Below, piece after piece: positions 1 through 9,730 of a DNA stretch of 64,000 nt. The stretch's first letter is position 1. Each line of letters begins with the position of its first letter. The stretch is from a virus. The translations under genes and the position numbers were made by a program. A model generated the notes under the pieces. It searched no databases and was not told where the DNA came from. It saw nothing but the letters and a program-made list of their open reading frames with translations. The stretch is from IMG/VR virus record IMGVR_UViG_3300020060_000010, positions 13,230 through 77,229 of that record. One strand, written 5' to 3'.

Positions 1-767
1 GCCTCTACAGGCTCTTCACCGAAGAGTAGCTTGACAACTTCCTCTACGTCAAGACCTGTGAGCTTAGAAGCTTCAATATCTTCATCAATAGCAATGGTCT
101 TCAAGGTAGCGAGGTCCAGTGCTCGCGCACCCTCACGGGTTAGCGGTGGTGAGTCATCATCATCTTCCGGCTCAGGAGTGCTGTAGTCAGTATCATCTGG
201 AACCTCTTCAGGCTCAGAATCTACCTTCTCCGCCTTGGCTGGTGTGTTACCGGCCAACTCATCAACTGTCTTGCCGACGAGCATCTCGAAGTTGACGATG
301 AGGATCACTAGTTCTGGCTTCTCATACTTCTCGTAGTGATCGATGTTGTGGCTATCATTGTCAACACCTACTGCTGCAGCCTTGCGGCGGAGTGTACGGA
401 TATTGACCTTGGTCAACTCATCGATACGATCCCCTGGAGCCTTGCTGTCTGCCAGCGCCACCCCTTCACCCGTTGGCAACGTCTCGACTACCTTTTCCTC
501 TTCAACCTCTTCGACTACCTTATCAGCGTTAATCTTGTCGATCGTACGCGTGAAAGGTGTCTTGTCTGAGATGACGAGAGGGTTGGTTGTGTTAGTTGTA
601 GTTACCAGTGGAGTCAGCGGATGGATTACCTCTGGCTTAGCAGGTACCACCTTGGTCTCTACTGCTGGCCAGTCTGTACCCTGCTGGGAAGCCAGCCGAG
701 CTACTACCTTGTCGGCAATAGCATCGGCTAGCTCCTCAAACAACTGATTGAAATCAGTCAACGTCAA
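1..767 (-). CDS. Acidic hypothetical protein with two short helical (Rho-N/HeH-like) modules; runs off the left edge
   Basis: Hand translation gives an open frame from TTG at 767 to the edge (LTLTDFNQLFEELADAIADKV...ELTKVNIRTLRRKAAAVGVD...ALDLATLKTIAIDEDIE). It is absent from the ORF track because it has no stop in the window. Confidence 0.7.
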   Translation of the reverse strand, partial: MTLTDFNQLFEELADAIADKVVARLASQQGTDWPAVETKVVPAKPEVIHPLTPLVTTTNTTNPLVISDKTPFTRTIDKINADKVVEEVEEEKVVETLPTGEGVALADSKAPGDRIDELTKVNIRTLRRKAAAVGVDNDSHNIDHYEKYEKPELVILIVNFEMLVGKTVDELAGNTPAKAEKVDSEPEEVPDDTDYSTPEPEDDDDSPPLTREGARALDLATLKTIAIDEDIEASKLTGLDVEEVVKLLFGEEPVE

Positions 768-1361
768 TCACTTCTTCAGACGTAGCTTGGGCTTTGCTGG
801 AGCATCGTCAGCAATAGCATCGTCAGCAAGCTCATCCTCGGAAGGAGGATTGACGAGACGATCTAGAACTGCCTCAAGGTCAGGTAGCTGATCCTGGAAG
901 CGAGCGATGTCAACAGCGGAGCGCTCTGAATCGAACTTGTAACGAGTCTCCAGGCCCTCACCAGTCTTGTAAAGCTCAAAGGTGAAGGAAGTAATATCGG
1001 CATCCTTGCGGGTACCGAACTCCAGTAGATCCTTAGCGAGACCAGAAGTTAGCTGAACTACGATAACCTTGGCCTCCTTTGGATCAAGTGCTGGGGCTAG
1101 GAAGCGAACAGATGGCTTCTTGCCATACTCTTCCTCGATCTCGTCCCATGCGTCATCATCGTGCTCCAGGGTGACATAGTTTGAGCCGGTCCAGACCTGG
1201 AAGCAGGGGAGCCACTCGAATGGCTCGGAAAGGAACTGGACGGTTAGCTCGCCATCCTTGGGGATGAAGGCAACGTATGGTCCGTCTACCTTCTTCTTGG
1301 GCTTACGGGTAAGGATGTCCTTGGCCGTAGCCTTCTTCTTGAGGTTTAGGTTTTCTGTCAT
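768..1361 (-). CDS. Probable single-stranded DNA-binding protein
   Basis: 197 aa with aromatic-rich beta core, KTGEGLETRY motif and acidic C-terminal region, as in phage SSBs. Confidence 0.6.
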   Translation of the reverse strand: MTENLNLKKKATAKDILTRKPKKKVDGPYVAFIPKDGELTVQFLSEPFEWLPCFQVWTGSNYVTLEHDDDAWDEIEEEYGKKPSVRFLAPALDPKEAKVIVVQLTSGLAKDLLEFGTRKDADITSFTFELYKTGEGLETRYKFDSERSAVDIARFQDQLPDLEAVLDRLVNPPSEDELADDAIADDAPAKPKLRLKK

Positions 1362-1430
1362 TGTGTTCTCCTTGTGCTTGTTCCATTTGATTGCGCGGTA
1401 TCGCGACTTGTTTGGATACTTGTACCTCTT

Positions 1431-1820
1431 CTAGAAATCTTCGTCGCCCTCCTCCTCCTTCTTCTTGTAGATCCGCACGTATGCAGTTCCAGGCTTCTCT
1501 GTGACACAACCCTTCAAGGCTGATGGTTTAATTGTCCCACTCGCGAGGGCCTCATTCAAGAGATTCTCGTCAACAACTAGTCGAGAGATCTTCTTGAACT
1601 GTAGTTCGCCTACGTTGGCACGTACCTTGTCCCAGTCCCAAGTCTTCTTCTCTGGACGGACGATACGGATAACTTCTTCGCCTACCTCGTACTCGTCACC
1701 GGCAGCCTCTGTGGCAGCGAACAGTGCCTTTTTGGCGTCATCAAGGTTACTCTCCGCGAACTTGACCTCGCGCTTGGCGTCCAAGAACTCTTCGCGCAGT
1801 AGCTCGATACTCTTGTTCAT
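1431..1820 (-). CDS. Hypothetical protein (coiled-coil N-terminus)
   Basis: 129-aa ORF co-oriented with SSB. Confidence 0.65.
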   Translation of the reverse strand: MNKSIELLREEFLDAKREVKFAESNLDDAKKALFAATEAAGDEYEVGEEVIRIVRPEKKTWDWDKVRANVGELQFKKISRLVVDENLLNEALASGTIKPSALKGCVTEKPGTAYVRIYKKKEEEGDEDF

Positions 1821-2002
1821 CGGTTACGAGTCCCGAAGTTGGCACCAATGATAAGCGCTACTAGAAAAATAGTAATACATACGATAATTAGTTGAACTGT
1901 GTCCATCAATACTTTCCTCTACTTCCTGGTCCACGTGCATAGATCTTTTCGATCACAAACAACAGTATACTACCCACCACTGACAGTAGGAACGTCTTCA
2001 AG

Positions 2003-2293
2003 TCAGTCAATTGCGCCGTGCTTACGGTAGAACTTCTTGTTGCTGTTGCCCCACTCTGACTGGATGTGATCAGCAATGAATACGATGCCTACAAATAGTC
2101 CAACCAGAACGAGACCAGCAAAACAAAGACTGAAGTAGATAAGTGCCGGGCTGATTACTGACCACCAAGACCAAGTTGCCACCGCGCCAACACCAGCCAA
2201 CTTCAAGCCGATGAACACTGCCGTCAACACGGCTGCGAGAAATCCAAAGAAGCCTATACCGCCTGATGCGTTACTCTGATTCGCCATAACCAT
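2003..2293 (-). CDS. Membrane protein (2 TM)
   Basis: Two hydrophobic stretches, GIGFFGFLAAVLTAVFIGLKLAG and WSWWSVISPALIY. Confidence 0.7.
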   Translation of the reverse strand: MVMANQSNASGGIGFFGFLAAVLTAVFIGLKLAGVGAVATWSWWSVISPALIYFSLCFAGLVLVGLFVGIVFIADHIQSEWGNSNKKFYRKHGAID

Positions 2294-2639
2294 AACCTGC
2301 TTTCTTTAGTAGTTTAACCGCAGTCTCACCAGTCATCATGACATACCACTTACCAGCGTCAGAGATACCACGCTTCTTAGCCCAGACAAGGCCAATCTCT
2401 GCTCCCGCATTGATACGCTCTTCTTCTGCCTCTTTCAGCCACCCAGAGAATTCCAGCTTAGCGGCGTTCTTAACCTCTACCACGACAGAAGGAACAGGGT
2501 AGCCACCAGGGTTAATGTCTCCTTTGTCGGCAGTACCCATGAGTCTACGCCGTTCTGCTGCTGGCCACAGGTGCTGGCGTAGATAGGCAAGAACACCGTT
2601 TTCCCCAACTCTTCCGTAGGCTCCTGGTTTATTCGCCAT
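2271..2639 (-). CDS. Holliday junction resolvase (PD-(D/E)xK, actinophage type)
   Basis: G..GE..V..YL, ERR..G..DKGDI and VVEVKN motifs. Confidence 0.75.
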   Translation of the reverse strand: MANKPGAYGRVGENGVLAYLRQHLWPAAERRRLMGTADKGDINPGGYPVPSVVVEVKNAAKLEFSGWLKEAEEERINAGAEIGLVWAKKRGISDAGKWYVMMTGETAVKLLKKAGYGYGESE

Positions 2640-2835
2640 TCTTAATCTTTCCTGTTAGCTTGTAGTAGCGTGCACCGAGCGTGAAGTCATATCCTGACTC
2701 AGCCAGGACATCGTCTGCGAGTAATAGATGTCCGAAAGACTTCTTGAACTTCTCCAAGTACGGCTCAACGTCTACGTCCTGATCTGTATCAAGGAGATAG
2801 CACGCAGTTAGGTCTGCCTTGGAGTAATCATGCAT
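2629..2835 (-). CDS. Hypothetical protein
   Basis: ORF overlapping neighbours in minus-strand run. Confidence 0.6.
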   Translation of the reverse strand: MHDYSKADLTACYLLDTDQDVDVEPYLEKFKKSFGHLLLADDVLAESGYDFTLGARYYKLTGKIKNGE

Positions 2836-3094
2836 CTGGAACTACCGGCATTTCTACGATACCTGTGATCTGTACCTGCGTGTAGCCTTCTGGCCACAAA
2901 TCATCATCTGGACGCGCACCGTAGGTGAGAGTCAACGACTTGATGTCAGTCGCCTTGTTGTCGTAGCAAGCCTGCATGAATGTCTCTACGATTGCGTGGA
3001 TCTCGCTGCCGATAATGTTGGCACGGGCATCCTCGTACACTCCGTCAACGACAACAATACGACGTGAGCCAACCTGAATCTCAGGCACAATCAT
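2828..3094 (-). CDS. Hypothetical protein
   Basis: Start moved to internal ATG (MIVPEI) to avoid overlap. Confidence 0.6.
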   Translation of the reverse strand: MIVPEIQVGSRRIVVVDGVYEDARANIIGSEIHAIVETFMQACYDNKATDIKSLTLTYGARPDDDLWPEGYTQVQITGIVEMPVVPDA

Positions 3095-3266
3095 TCTCTG
3101 CATATAATAGGCCAACCTCATAGTCGAGGAAACGCTTCTCGGTCTCAACCAAGTCCTGATCGGTACCGTCAAGCTGATCCTCAGTGTAGTGGTCAGGCAC
3201 AGTATATCCGTATGTCTCAAATACATTCAACATTTGCTGACGGTACTCACCAAAGTAGTCGTTCAT
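3081..3266 (-). CDS. Hypothetical acidic protein
   Basis: GGAGGAG RBS upstream. Confidence 0.65.
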   Translation of the reverse strand: MNDYFGEYRQQMLNVFETYGYTVPDHYTEDQLDGTDQDLVETEKRFLDYEVGLLYAENDCA

Positions 3267-3286
3267 GTTCTCCTCCTTAGTAGTTG

Positions 3287-3592
3287 TTATACGTTGGACC
3301 AGCCAATATTCTGCTGTCCTAGCTGCTCTCTGAAGCTGCCTGCTGGCTCCTCTTCCGGCTCAGCGTCCTTCTGTTCAGCCAGTCTCTTCACAGTAACATC
3401 GTAGTCTTCTTCTGTCAACTGCTCGAACCAATATTTTAGTCCTGGTGACAGGTGCATTGCTGTGAAGCCTTCTTTGTCTACAAACTCTACCGCACCGCTG
3501 GGGAGATAGTCAACCTTATCGCAGACAACTGCTGTACCGAATTCTTCACCGTCGCCGGTTAGCATGATGAGGTAATATTCAGGACTCGTCAT
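3287..3592 (-). CDS. Hypothetical protein
   Basis: Start moved to MTSPEY; packed with neighbours. Confidence 0.6.
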   Translation of the reverse strand: MTSPEYYLIMLTGDGEEFGTAVVCDKVDYLPSGAVEFVDKEGFTAMHLSPGLKYWFEQLTEEDYDVTVKRLAEQKDAEPEEEPAGSFREQLGQQNIGWSNV

Positions 3593-3878
3593 CGTCATCC
3601 TCAATAGACCAGTCATAATCAGCATCCTCGTAGATATCACCGTAGTCAAGAGTGTTGTCGCGGACTGGCTTGATGCTTGGATCACGCCAAATCTGTGTTA
3701 CCCGACTGGACACTACCTCTGCGAACCTGCCACCGACGACGGAGCGGAGGTAAAGTTGGCCGTATAGATTATGCTTAACGTGCCATTGAATCTTGTACTG
3801 CGAGAGGAGAACAATGTCTCCTACGCGAGGCGCGTGTACTGCTGGGTCGAGATGATAACGCTCTGATGTTTTAGGCAT
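3579..3878 (-). CDS. Hypothetical protein (KOW-like PRVGDIVLL)
   Basis: AAAGGA RBS upstream. Confidence 0.65.
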   Translation of the reverse strand: MPKTSERYHLDPAVHAPRVGDIVLLSQYKIQWHVKHNLYGQLYLRSVVGGRFAEVVSSRVTQIWRDPSIKPVRDNTLDYGDIYEDADYDWSIEDDDDES

Positions 3879-3957
3879 ATTGTGAGTTTCCTTTGCTTGT
3901 TTACGTACACTAATTGTACAACTGAATCGGTTAAGGAAACTACGCTTTTACGTGACT

Positions 3958-4362
3958 TTATTTAATCGTTACCGGATTAGTATCAGGTCGGTAACACTTG
4001 CTATTGCAGCAGGTTTCTTCCCAGGACTCCTGGTGATGGTATACCCAGATCTGTTCTGTGTCCTCGTTCATGACGCGGACAGACCAGAGGAGGACAGGGT
4101 TGTACTCAACGATCTCTTTGCCGGAACTGGTCAACATCTCAATGACGTAATCAAGACGCTGGGTCTTAGTCAGCTTCACAGTGGTCAGGAGAGCATCATC
4201 CTCATAGACGTGTACCCAAGCCTTGAGTTTACTGTTGTCCTTGTACCACTTGTTAGCTGCCAACTCTTCCTTAGACAGCGCACCAATACGGGAGCGGAGG
4301 TCTGGCTCCCGCTTGGCACGTGGCTTCTTGGTAAGAAGGTCTTTAGCTGAGGTACGAGTCAT
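3958..4362 (-). CDS. Hypothetical protein
   Basis: Start moved to MTRTSAK. Confidence 0.65.
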   Translation of the reverse strand: MTRTSAKDLLTKKPRAKREPDLRSRIGALSKEELAANKWYKDNSKLKAWVHVYEDDALLTTVKLTKTQRLDYVIEMLTSSGKEIVEYNPVLLWSVRVMNEDTEQIWVYHHQESWEETCCNSKCYRPDTNPVTIK

Positions 4363-4543
4363 CTTCCCAACCGCTAGGATTAAAACCGATGGCGACTGAT
4401 ACTTGGTAGAACACCTTGTCACATGTCTTACACATGACCAAGCACTCTGTGCCGAAGAGAACGGCAGGAGGAATATCGTGACCTGCTCTGCAACAGGCTA
4501 GAAGCTCACCTGGCGCGTCAGGCTCTCGTGGCTCGCCATTCAT
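4343..4543 (-). CDS. Small Zn-ribbon-like protein
   Basis: CCxxGH and CxxC motifs. Confidence 0.55.
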   Translation of the reverse strand: MNGEPREPDAPGELLACCRAGHDIPPAVLFGTECLVMCKTCDKVFYQVSVAIGFNPSGWEDDSYLS

Positions 4544-4812
4544 GACTGAACCGCCAGCGCCTTGTCAAACTTCTTGCTGACAGCAATGGTCTTGTTGTCG
4601 ATGTGCTTCTGGACAGTGTTGATAGGAATGTCGAGTAGTACTGAATATACATCTGTACCGTACGAGAGGTCACTGGCGTTCTTTGCCGTGTTGTGTTCCT
4701 CATAGAGAGTGGCATCCAGACGGAAAGCGTCAATCGCGTCAACGCCGATTCCGTAGAGTCGCACTCGAACAAAACTCGTACCCTTGTTATTTACCTTTAC
4801 GGTCATGAACAT
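4540..4812 (-). CDS. Hypothetical protein
   Basis: AGGAG RBS; 4-bp overlap with next gene. Confidence 0.6.
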   Translation of the reverse strand: MFMTVKVNNKGTSFVRVRLYGIGVDAIDAFRLDATLYEEHNTAKNASDLSYGTDVYSVLLDIPINTVQKHIDNKTIAVSKKFDKALAVQS

Positions 4813-4888
4813 CTCCTATCGATAGGAAGGTGTTAAACTACATATTTCACCTTGTGGTTTAGTTAGTTTAGTAACTTTGTTAGTACTA

Positions 4889-5488
4889 TTATACTGCTTC
4901 GGGCTTCACTTCTAGCTCCAAGCGAACGTTATCACAAAATCCACACCACGGCAAACCAAGTCCAACCCACTTCTGGGTCAGGCGAATGATGTACCCGCAC
5001 TGAGCACAGCTAGCCTTGAGCAGGCGGCTGCCAGGTTGCGGAGAGGTAGACGTGTCGAACTTGGGCTGCTGGTACTCACCTAGGACAGGGAGGAACACGT
5101 CTACGTAGCGCCGCTCAAGCTCTTCAGACGGTGCTGTAGCGTACCAGGGTGGTACCAAGCCCAACGCCTTGCATGCCTGTGCAAACGGCTTCTTGTGGTT
5201 CGTGTCAGGTGGGAAGCAACAATGGATCAACTCGTGGCAGATGGTAGCCAGTACTTCTACTGAATCAGTCAAGACAGGGGAGATGAAGATGTGTAGCACG
5301 CCCTTGTCCCCAGCCTCGTGCCAGGTCACTCCAATGTTGCCAGTAGCTGTGTGGTAGTAGCGAGCTTGGGTTGGACCTACACTGATGTGAATCTTCTTGC
5401 GAGGTAGCTTGAGTCCTGCGGCCTTGAAGTCGGGAACCATCAGATCAATGGCCTGGTTCAACCACTCTTCGCGATTGAACCGCATCAC
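4889..5488 (-). CDS. SprT-like zinc metalloprotease
   Basis: CHELIH (HExxH), H.KPF...C..LGL and C-terminal CxxCG...CxxC Zn ribbon. Confidence 0.8.
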   Translation of the reverse strand: MMRFNREEWLNQAIDLMVPDFKAAGLKLPRKKIHISVGPTQARYYHTATGNIGVTWHEAGDKGVLHIFISPVLTDSVEVLATICHELIHCCFPPDTNHKKPFAQACKALGLVPPWYATAPSEELERRYVDVFLPVLGEYQQPKFDTSTSPQPGSRLLKASCAQCGYIIRLTQKWVGLGLPWCGFCDNVRLELEVKPEAV

Positions 5489-5871
5489 TTGGCCTTGGGG
5501 AACGCCTCATAGAGGAGACCGATCGCGGACAGGTAGTTCATGCTCTTGACGAATTCTAGGATCTCGTGGTTCTCGATCGTGACACCCTGACCTGCCAGGT
5601 TGGCAAGGTTTACCCGACGCATTACCTGCTCGTAAGTCGAACCCTTCCGGACATGTTCGAACGGATGGATCGATCCGTGGGCCAGGAGAGTGACGTAGCA
5701 CTGGAGACCGATGAGACTCTGTAGGGCCAGGGCTTCTACCTCGATAGGCAGAGCGTTGATGTTTGGCTTAGTCTCATGGATCGCGGCATCGTTCAGGACA
5801 CGCATGAAGTCTACCAGCGCTTCTTCTAGTGTCTGGATCTCATTCTCAGACAAAGGGTCATCGCTCGACAC
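5485..5871 (-). CDS. Hypothetical protein
   Basis: Start moved to GTG 5871 to limit overlap. Confidence 0.55.
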   Translation of the reverse strand: MSSDDPLSENEIQTLEEALVDFMRVLNDAAIHETKPNINALPIEVEALALQSLIGLQCYVTLLAHGSIHPFEHVRKGSTYEQVMRRVNLANLAGQGVTIENHEILEFVKSMNYLSAIGLLYEAFPKAK

Positions 5872-6094
5872 GGTTGGCCTCACGATTGATGAAGAAGTTG
5901 GCAAGTTCGACGGCTTCATTGTAGCTGTAACACCAGTCGTCTTCAACGCTGTATCCAGTGGCCGGATCAAAAGACTCTACGTGCCACCAGTCGTCAGACG
6001 GGATTCCTAGATTCCTAACGCTGGCAACTACTCGCCCCTCACTGTCCGTGTGGTAAGCGCTGCCGATCTTCCATCCTTCTACCTGCTTTGTCAT
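5858..6094 (-). CDS. Hypothetical protein
   Basis: GGAGGGG RBS. Confidence 0.65.
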   Translation of the reverse strand: MTKQVEGWKIGSAYHTDSEGRVVASVRNLGIPSDDWWHVESFDPATGYSVEDDWCYSYNEAVELANFFINREANRVER

Positions 6095-6115
6095 GCTGCC
6101 CCTCCTTCATCTAGT

Positions 6116-6385
6116 TCAAATAGTGTTACGCTTTCTCAACTTGACAACCATCACGCCAAGAATGACCAAGTTTACCACTGTCAGCGTTGATAGTAAATAG
6201 CCAGCCACGACGAACACAAGAGCAATATCTGCCTTGTAGAACACGTACAGAGTTAGTAGGAGGATAACATCCAGCAGGACTAGAGTGACAAAGCTCGCCA
6301 AGGTCACTCCTAGTCCTTTGACTGTGAAGTACTTAGACATAGACACTGTTCTCAATCCTTCCGTATCATAGTTATTACTTTCCAT
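6116..6385 (-). CDS. Membrane protein (2 TM)
   Basis: Two long hydrophobic segments, basic C-terminus. Confidence 0.7.
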   Translation of the reverse strand: MESNNYDTEGLRTVSMSKYFTVKGLGVTLASFVTLVLLDVILLLTLYVFYKADIALVFVVAGYLLSTLTVVNLVILGVMVVKLRKRNTI

Positions 6386-6505
6386 GATATCTCAAAAATG
6401 CACAACCTGCATATAAAACTGTTTGTGAAAATGCTGTGAGTTAGTCTCGTTCTTATAACATTTTGTCCAAAACGGACACGCTTTTGGACAACTATAACGA
6501 GTATG

Positions 6506-6694
6506 TCACTCTGTAGTGATCTGTTCGTGTGCCCACTGAGCGGCATCAACTTCAGTCAAAAACCCTCGTGAGGCCTTGGAGAAATTTCTGGTCTGCTCTG
6601 GTGGGCCATCCATGATGTATACGGAAAATGTACCATCTTCTTCAGTCACCTTGGCAAAGTGTTCGTCGTTCTCAATTACAGTATACCGCGCCAT
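6506..6694 (-). CDS. Hypothetical protein
   Basis: 1-bp overlap with upstream gene. Confidence 0.6.
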   Translation of the reverse strand: MARYTVIENDEHFAKVTEEDGTFSVYIMDGPPEQTRNFSKASRGFLTEVDAAQWAHEQITTE

Positions 6695-7230
6695 CAGACC
6701 AGAAGCTCCTGTACCAGCTTCAACTGACGTGGCTGTACTGGGATGGCATAGGTATTGTTTGCCGCCTCGATTGCACTCAGTAGCTCATCGAGCGCGACAA
6801 GGTAGAGACTACTCTTCGCGCTGATCAGTTCGTCATAGTCTTCCTGGCTTAGACCGTTGTACATGACATCCTTGACCCAGCACCCGACCTGAAAGTTGTA
6901 GTTCTGAATCTTGATCCAAGCCTTCATCATCTCGTCGTCATCAGAGACATTATCGAGGTCAATGATGGCGTCAGTCAAGTTGACTGGTAGACCGGCAGTA
7001 CCGATGAAGCGGTTGACGTAGTTGAGTAGTAGTTGACGGTGCTCTGCGTCTACGTAGTCGTTGACCTGCTGGCCAACGTAGGCAAGTTCCTCGTCAACAC
7101 ACGCTGGGGTGTCACTCCACTCTTCACCGGTCAAGAAGCTCACTGCTTCCATCAGGCATGCGCCGCTCTCAGGACCCTCGTGGGCTCCCTTGGAAAGCAG
7201 GATCGGCATAAAATCTGGTACTGAACTCAT
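6694..7230 (-). CDS. Conserved actinophage-type hypothetical protein
   Basis: LS.G.H..P..GAC.ME.VS.L.GE.WSD.P.CV motif; AAGGAGG RBS. Confidence 0.7.
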   Translation of the reverse strand: MSSVPDFMPILLSKGAHEGPESGACLMEAVSFLTGEEWSDTPACVDEELAYVGQQVNDYVDAEHRQLLLNYVNRFIGTAGLPVNLTDAIIDLDNVSDDDEMMKAWIKIQNYNFQVGCWVKDVMYNGLSQEDYDELISAKSSLYLVALDELLSAIEAANNTYAIPVQPRQLKLVQELLV

Positions 7231-7370
7231 TTAGTTTCCTCCTTGTTGTTTTGTTCTAGTCGACAGTCATCGATTACAGTGCCGCACTCGCTACACCTGT
7301 AATGCATAGTATCGTCGCACGGACAGATCTCGCGGTCAAACCAGATATCAGCATGCGGACACTTATCCAC
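7227..7370 (-). CDS. Small Cys-rich Zn-binding protein (47 aa)
   Basis: Hand translation VDKCPH...ICPC...HYRCSECG...; stop overlaps next ATG. Confidence 0.55.
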   Translation of the reverse strand: MDKCPHADIWFDREICPCDDTMHYRCSECGTVIDDCRLEQNNKEETK

Positions 7371-7459
7371 GAGTCAACGCCTCTATCAGACGCGACCCTA
7401 GCCAGAGGGCAGCAAAGACAACGAACCCGGCAATGATGGCAAGCCAGATCACTAGACCG

Positions 7460-7654
7460 CTAGTCTTCTTGTCGTACTTGCCCATCTGCCTGCTCCTTTG
7501 CTTGTAGGTATCCAACCAATCCCGCCATTGCTCTCTTTGTTTCTTCCAGACCGGTGGCCAGGATGAGTACTTGTTTCGACAACAGTATCACAGCGTTCTG
7601 TAGTTCTTCAATCGTCGGTGTCTTCTGATTCGAACTGTTCGATTCTTGCTGCAC
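7460..7654 (-). CDS. Hypothetical coiled-coil protein
   Basis: ORF in gene run. Confidence 0.5.
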   Translation of the reverse strand: MQQESNSSNQKTPTIEELQNAVILLSKQVLILATGLEETKRAMAGLVGYLQAKEQADGQVRQED

Positions 7655-7802
7655 GGTCCTCCTTAACGGCCTCCGTAACGCGCCTGATCAGGTCCTGAGC
7701 AACATCAGGTTGATAAGAACTATCAACTTCAAGCTCGTAGATATCACGATTGATGTTACCTTCGTCGTCTTCCCACTCACTGGTGATTCTAGCTGTGATC
7801 AT
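7608..7802 (-). CDS. Hypothetical acidic protein
   Basis: ORF in gene run. Confidence 0.6.
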   Translation of the reverse strand: MITARITSEWEDDEGNINRDIYELEVDSSYQPDVAQDLIRRVTEAVKEDRAARIEQFESEDTDD

Positions 7803-7904
7803 GCCGTCTTTAGTCCCTTCTTCAGGTACTCTACTGCCACTGTAGCAGAGTCAGATGTCCTTGTCCATGGATTTCGTGAAAGCCATGCAAGAAACTTTAG
7901 CTCT

Positions 7905-8231
7905 TCAGACATCAGTGTCCCTGAGTGCCGCCTGGAAGTCGTGAAGCAGAGATGGAATGGTACTGTTGCAGGTCCAATCCTCTTCCCACGCCTTAAGGAC
8001 ACTTTCGACTCTCTCCAGCTTAGCCTTGAGTACATCTCGTTCGGTCTGGATCTGCTTGGCGGTCTTCATGCGGATGCTCTTGAGGCCATCTGTATCTTCG
8101 AAAACTTCAAACTCATGGTCTGGCTGGGCTGCATGCAGCTCGTTAATCTGACGTCCCAGTTCCGCTTCTCGGCGTTCTGAACTCTTCAGCCAGCGCTCCA
8201 GCCGCCTGACTTCTGCCGCTAAATCTTCCAT
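7905..8231 (-). CDS. Hypothetical coiled-coil protein
   Basis: AAGGAGG RBS; promoter upstream. Confidence 0.65.
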   Translation of the reverse strand: MEDLAAEVRRLERWLKSSERREAELGRQINELHAAQPDHEFEVFEDTDGLKSIRMKTAKQIQTERDVLKAKLERVESVLKAWEEDWTCNSTIPSLLHDFQAALRDTDV

Positions 8232-8285
8232 GCATCCTCCTTCGTAGTCGTGATCTCAAACTCTATCACTTAGTCTGACCGCGCG

Positions 8286-8495
8286 TCAAGATGTTTTGTA
8301 CGTTGCTTCCACCCGAGTGAACGACTTACCGCTCTCTACTCCTACTTCCAGTACAGAGTACTTGGTCTGAGTAAGATCCTGCTCGCGCTTGCGAGAGTAG
8401 AAGGCGGCCAACATCTTAGAGTTGGCCAGTGCCGCGTCCAGTGTTGCCCCGCTTGCTGTCTGTGTATATGTCCGCATTTCTCTTGCCCCTGTCAT
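8286..8495 (-). CDS. Hypothetical protein
   Basis: ORF in gene run. Confidence 0.55.
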   Translation of the reverse strand: MTGAREMRTYTQTASGATLDAALANSKMLAAFYSRKREQDLTQTKYSVLEVGVESGKSFTRVEATYKTS

Positions 8496-8496
8496 A

Positions 8497-9204
8497 TCAG
8501 TCCTGCCAATGCAAGTCGCCCATGACTGCTCTGTAAATTGCTGTAAGCGTACGATAATTCTTCTCTGTATAGTTTGCCGTCCCGATCAGGTGACGTGTCA
8601 TGAGTCCTAGTGCTGTGAACTCTACGATAGTCTTGCTGACCGTGTAACTCGGTGCTACTACTGCTGACTGTACAAGGTTCCACTGTGAGTCGGAGATCCC
8701 TGCCAGGGTGGCTGCTTCGTGTGCCCGCCCCTGCGCATCAGTCATCAGGTCATACCAGGTGGTACCACTCTCACCCTGGAGGTTACTCGCCTTGAGGTGA
8801 GTCTCCATCAGCTTCTTCAGTTTCTCTTCCGGAAGGTCTGCAGCCTTTCGTCCAAGTTGCTCAAGTGCTGAGCCTTGCGGCCCCATCATTACACAGCCAG
8901 GCATCTCTGCGTCTGGTACCACTCGCACCTGACGAAAGTAGCTGATGTGTCCGATGGTTAGAACTGGTCGGCCAGTGACTACGAAGATACGACCTTTGAT
9001 ATCTGTGACACCACGGATGTTCTGGTATCGATCTGTCGCTTCGATTGCCGTCTTAGGATCATCTGGATCTACCGGCTTCTTCCTGCCAGAGGATGGTACA
9101 GAGACAACGTTTTGCATGTATTGCGTCTCGCCAAAGCTGTAGCCTTGTGCGTTACCGTCCGCATCAGCGGCAAGATAGAATCTCTTCATGTCTCTCACTT
9201 CCAT
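8497..9204 (-). CDS. Hypothetical protein (actinophage-type C-terminus L..RHLIG...Y..LT..Y...MG.LH..D)
   Basis: 235-aa ORF. Confidence 0.7.
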   Translation of the reverse strand: MEVRDMKRFYLAADADGNAQGYSFGETQYMQNVVSVPSSGRKKPVDPDDPKTAIEATDRYQNIRGVTDIKGRIFVVTGRPVLTIGHISYFRQVRVVPDAEMPGCVMMGPQGSALEQLGRKAADLPEEKLKKLMETHLKASNLQGESGTTWYDLMTDAQGRAHEAATLAGISDSQWNLVQSAVVAPSYTVSKTIVEFTALGLMTRHLIGTANYTEKNYRTLTAIYRAVMGDLHWQD

Positions 9205-9242
9205 TCAGTTTCTGCATCATAGAGTACTATCTTAGCACAAAC

Positions 9243-9271
9243 AAAAGGACCGGATCAACAGATCCGGCCCC
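9243..9271 (-). terminator. Intrinsic terminator
   Basis: Minus strand GGGCCGGATC-TGTT-GATCCGGTCC followed by TTTTGTTT. Confidence 0.7.
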
Positions 9272-9284
9272 AATGTTAGAGTTA

Positions 9285-9473
9285 TTACGTAGTCTTTAGC
9301 TCGATGTGAAAAGGAGGACAGACGCGTCCTCGTGTTGAGTATCCTACTGACCGTGCGTAGGCTCGGTTGTAGACAGGAGGAGTGCCCTTGTCCTGCTTGA
9401 TCTCGATGAGTCCCGCGTTGGTCTTACCTTCGCGTGCATCGTTTGTGTAGTTATTGTCGGCTGGAGTGGTCAT
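9285..9473 (-). CDS. Hypothetical protein
   Basis: 4-bp overlap with upstream gene. Confidence 0.55.
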   Translation of the reverse strand: MTTPADNNYTNDAREGKTNAGLIEIKQDKGTPPVYNRAYARSVGYSTRGRVCPPFHIELKTT

Positions 9474-9721
9474 GAAGTTAGTACTCCTTCTCGTCGGTTG
9501 GTGTAGCGTCCTGCTACCTTGTTGTCACTGGTCAGATCCAGGTGGACCTGAGTGCCGTCATGGAATGTGACGATGGCAGAGCGGTCATTGCCGGTACCGT
9601 AGCGATCCTTCAGTGTCAGAACCAACTGCATCTTCTCGATGCCGAGAGTTGGCCAGTTCTGCTGGCAGTACCACTCAACGCGGCTCTGTAGAATGTATGA
9701 ATCATGTGGTTTGTCTGGCAT
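9470..9721 (-). CDS. Hypothetical protein
   Basis: AAGGAGG RBS. Confidence 0.65.
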   Translation of the reverse strand: MPDKPHDSYILQSRVEWYCQQNWPTLGIEKMQLVLTLKDRYGTGNDRSAIVTFHDGTQVHLDLTSDNKVAGRYTNRREGVLTS

Positions 9722-9730
9722 ACTTCCTCC

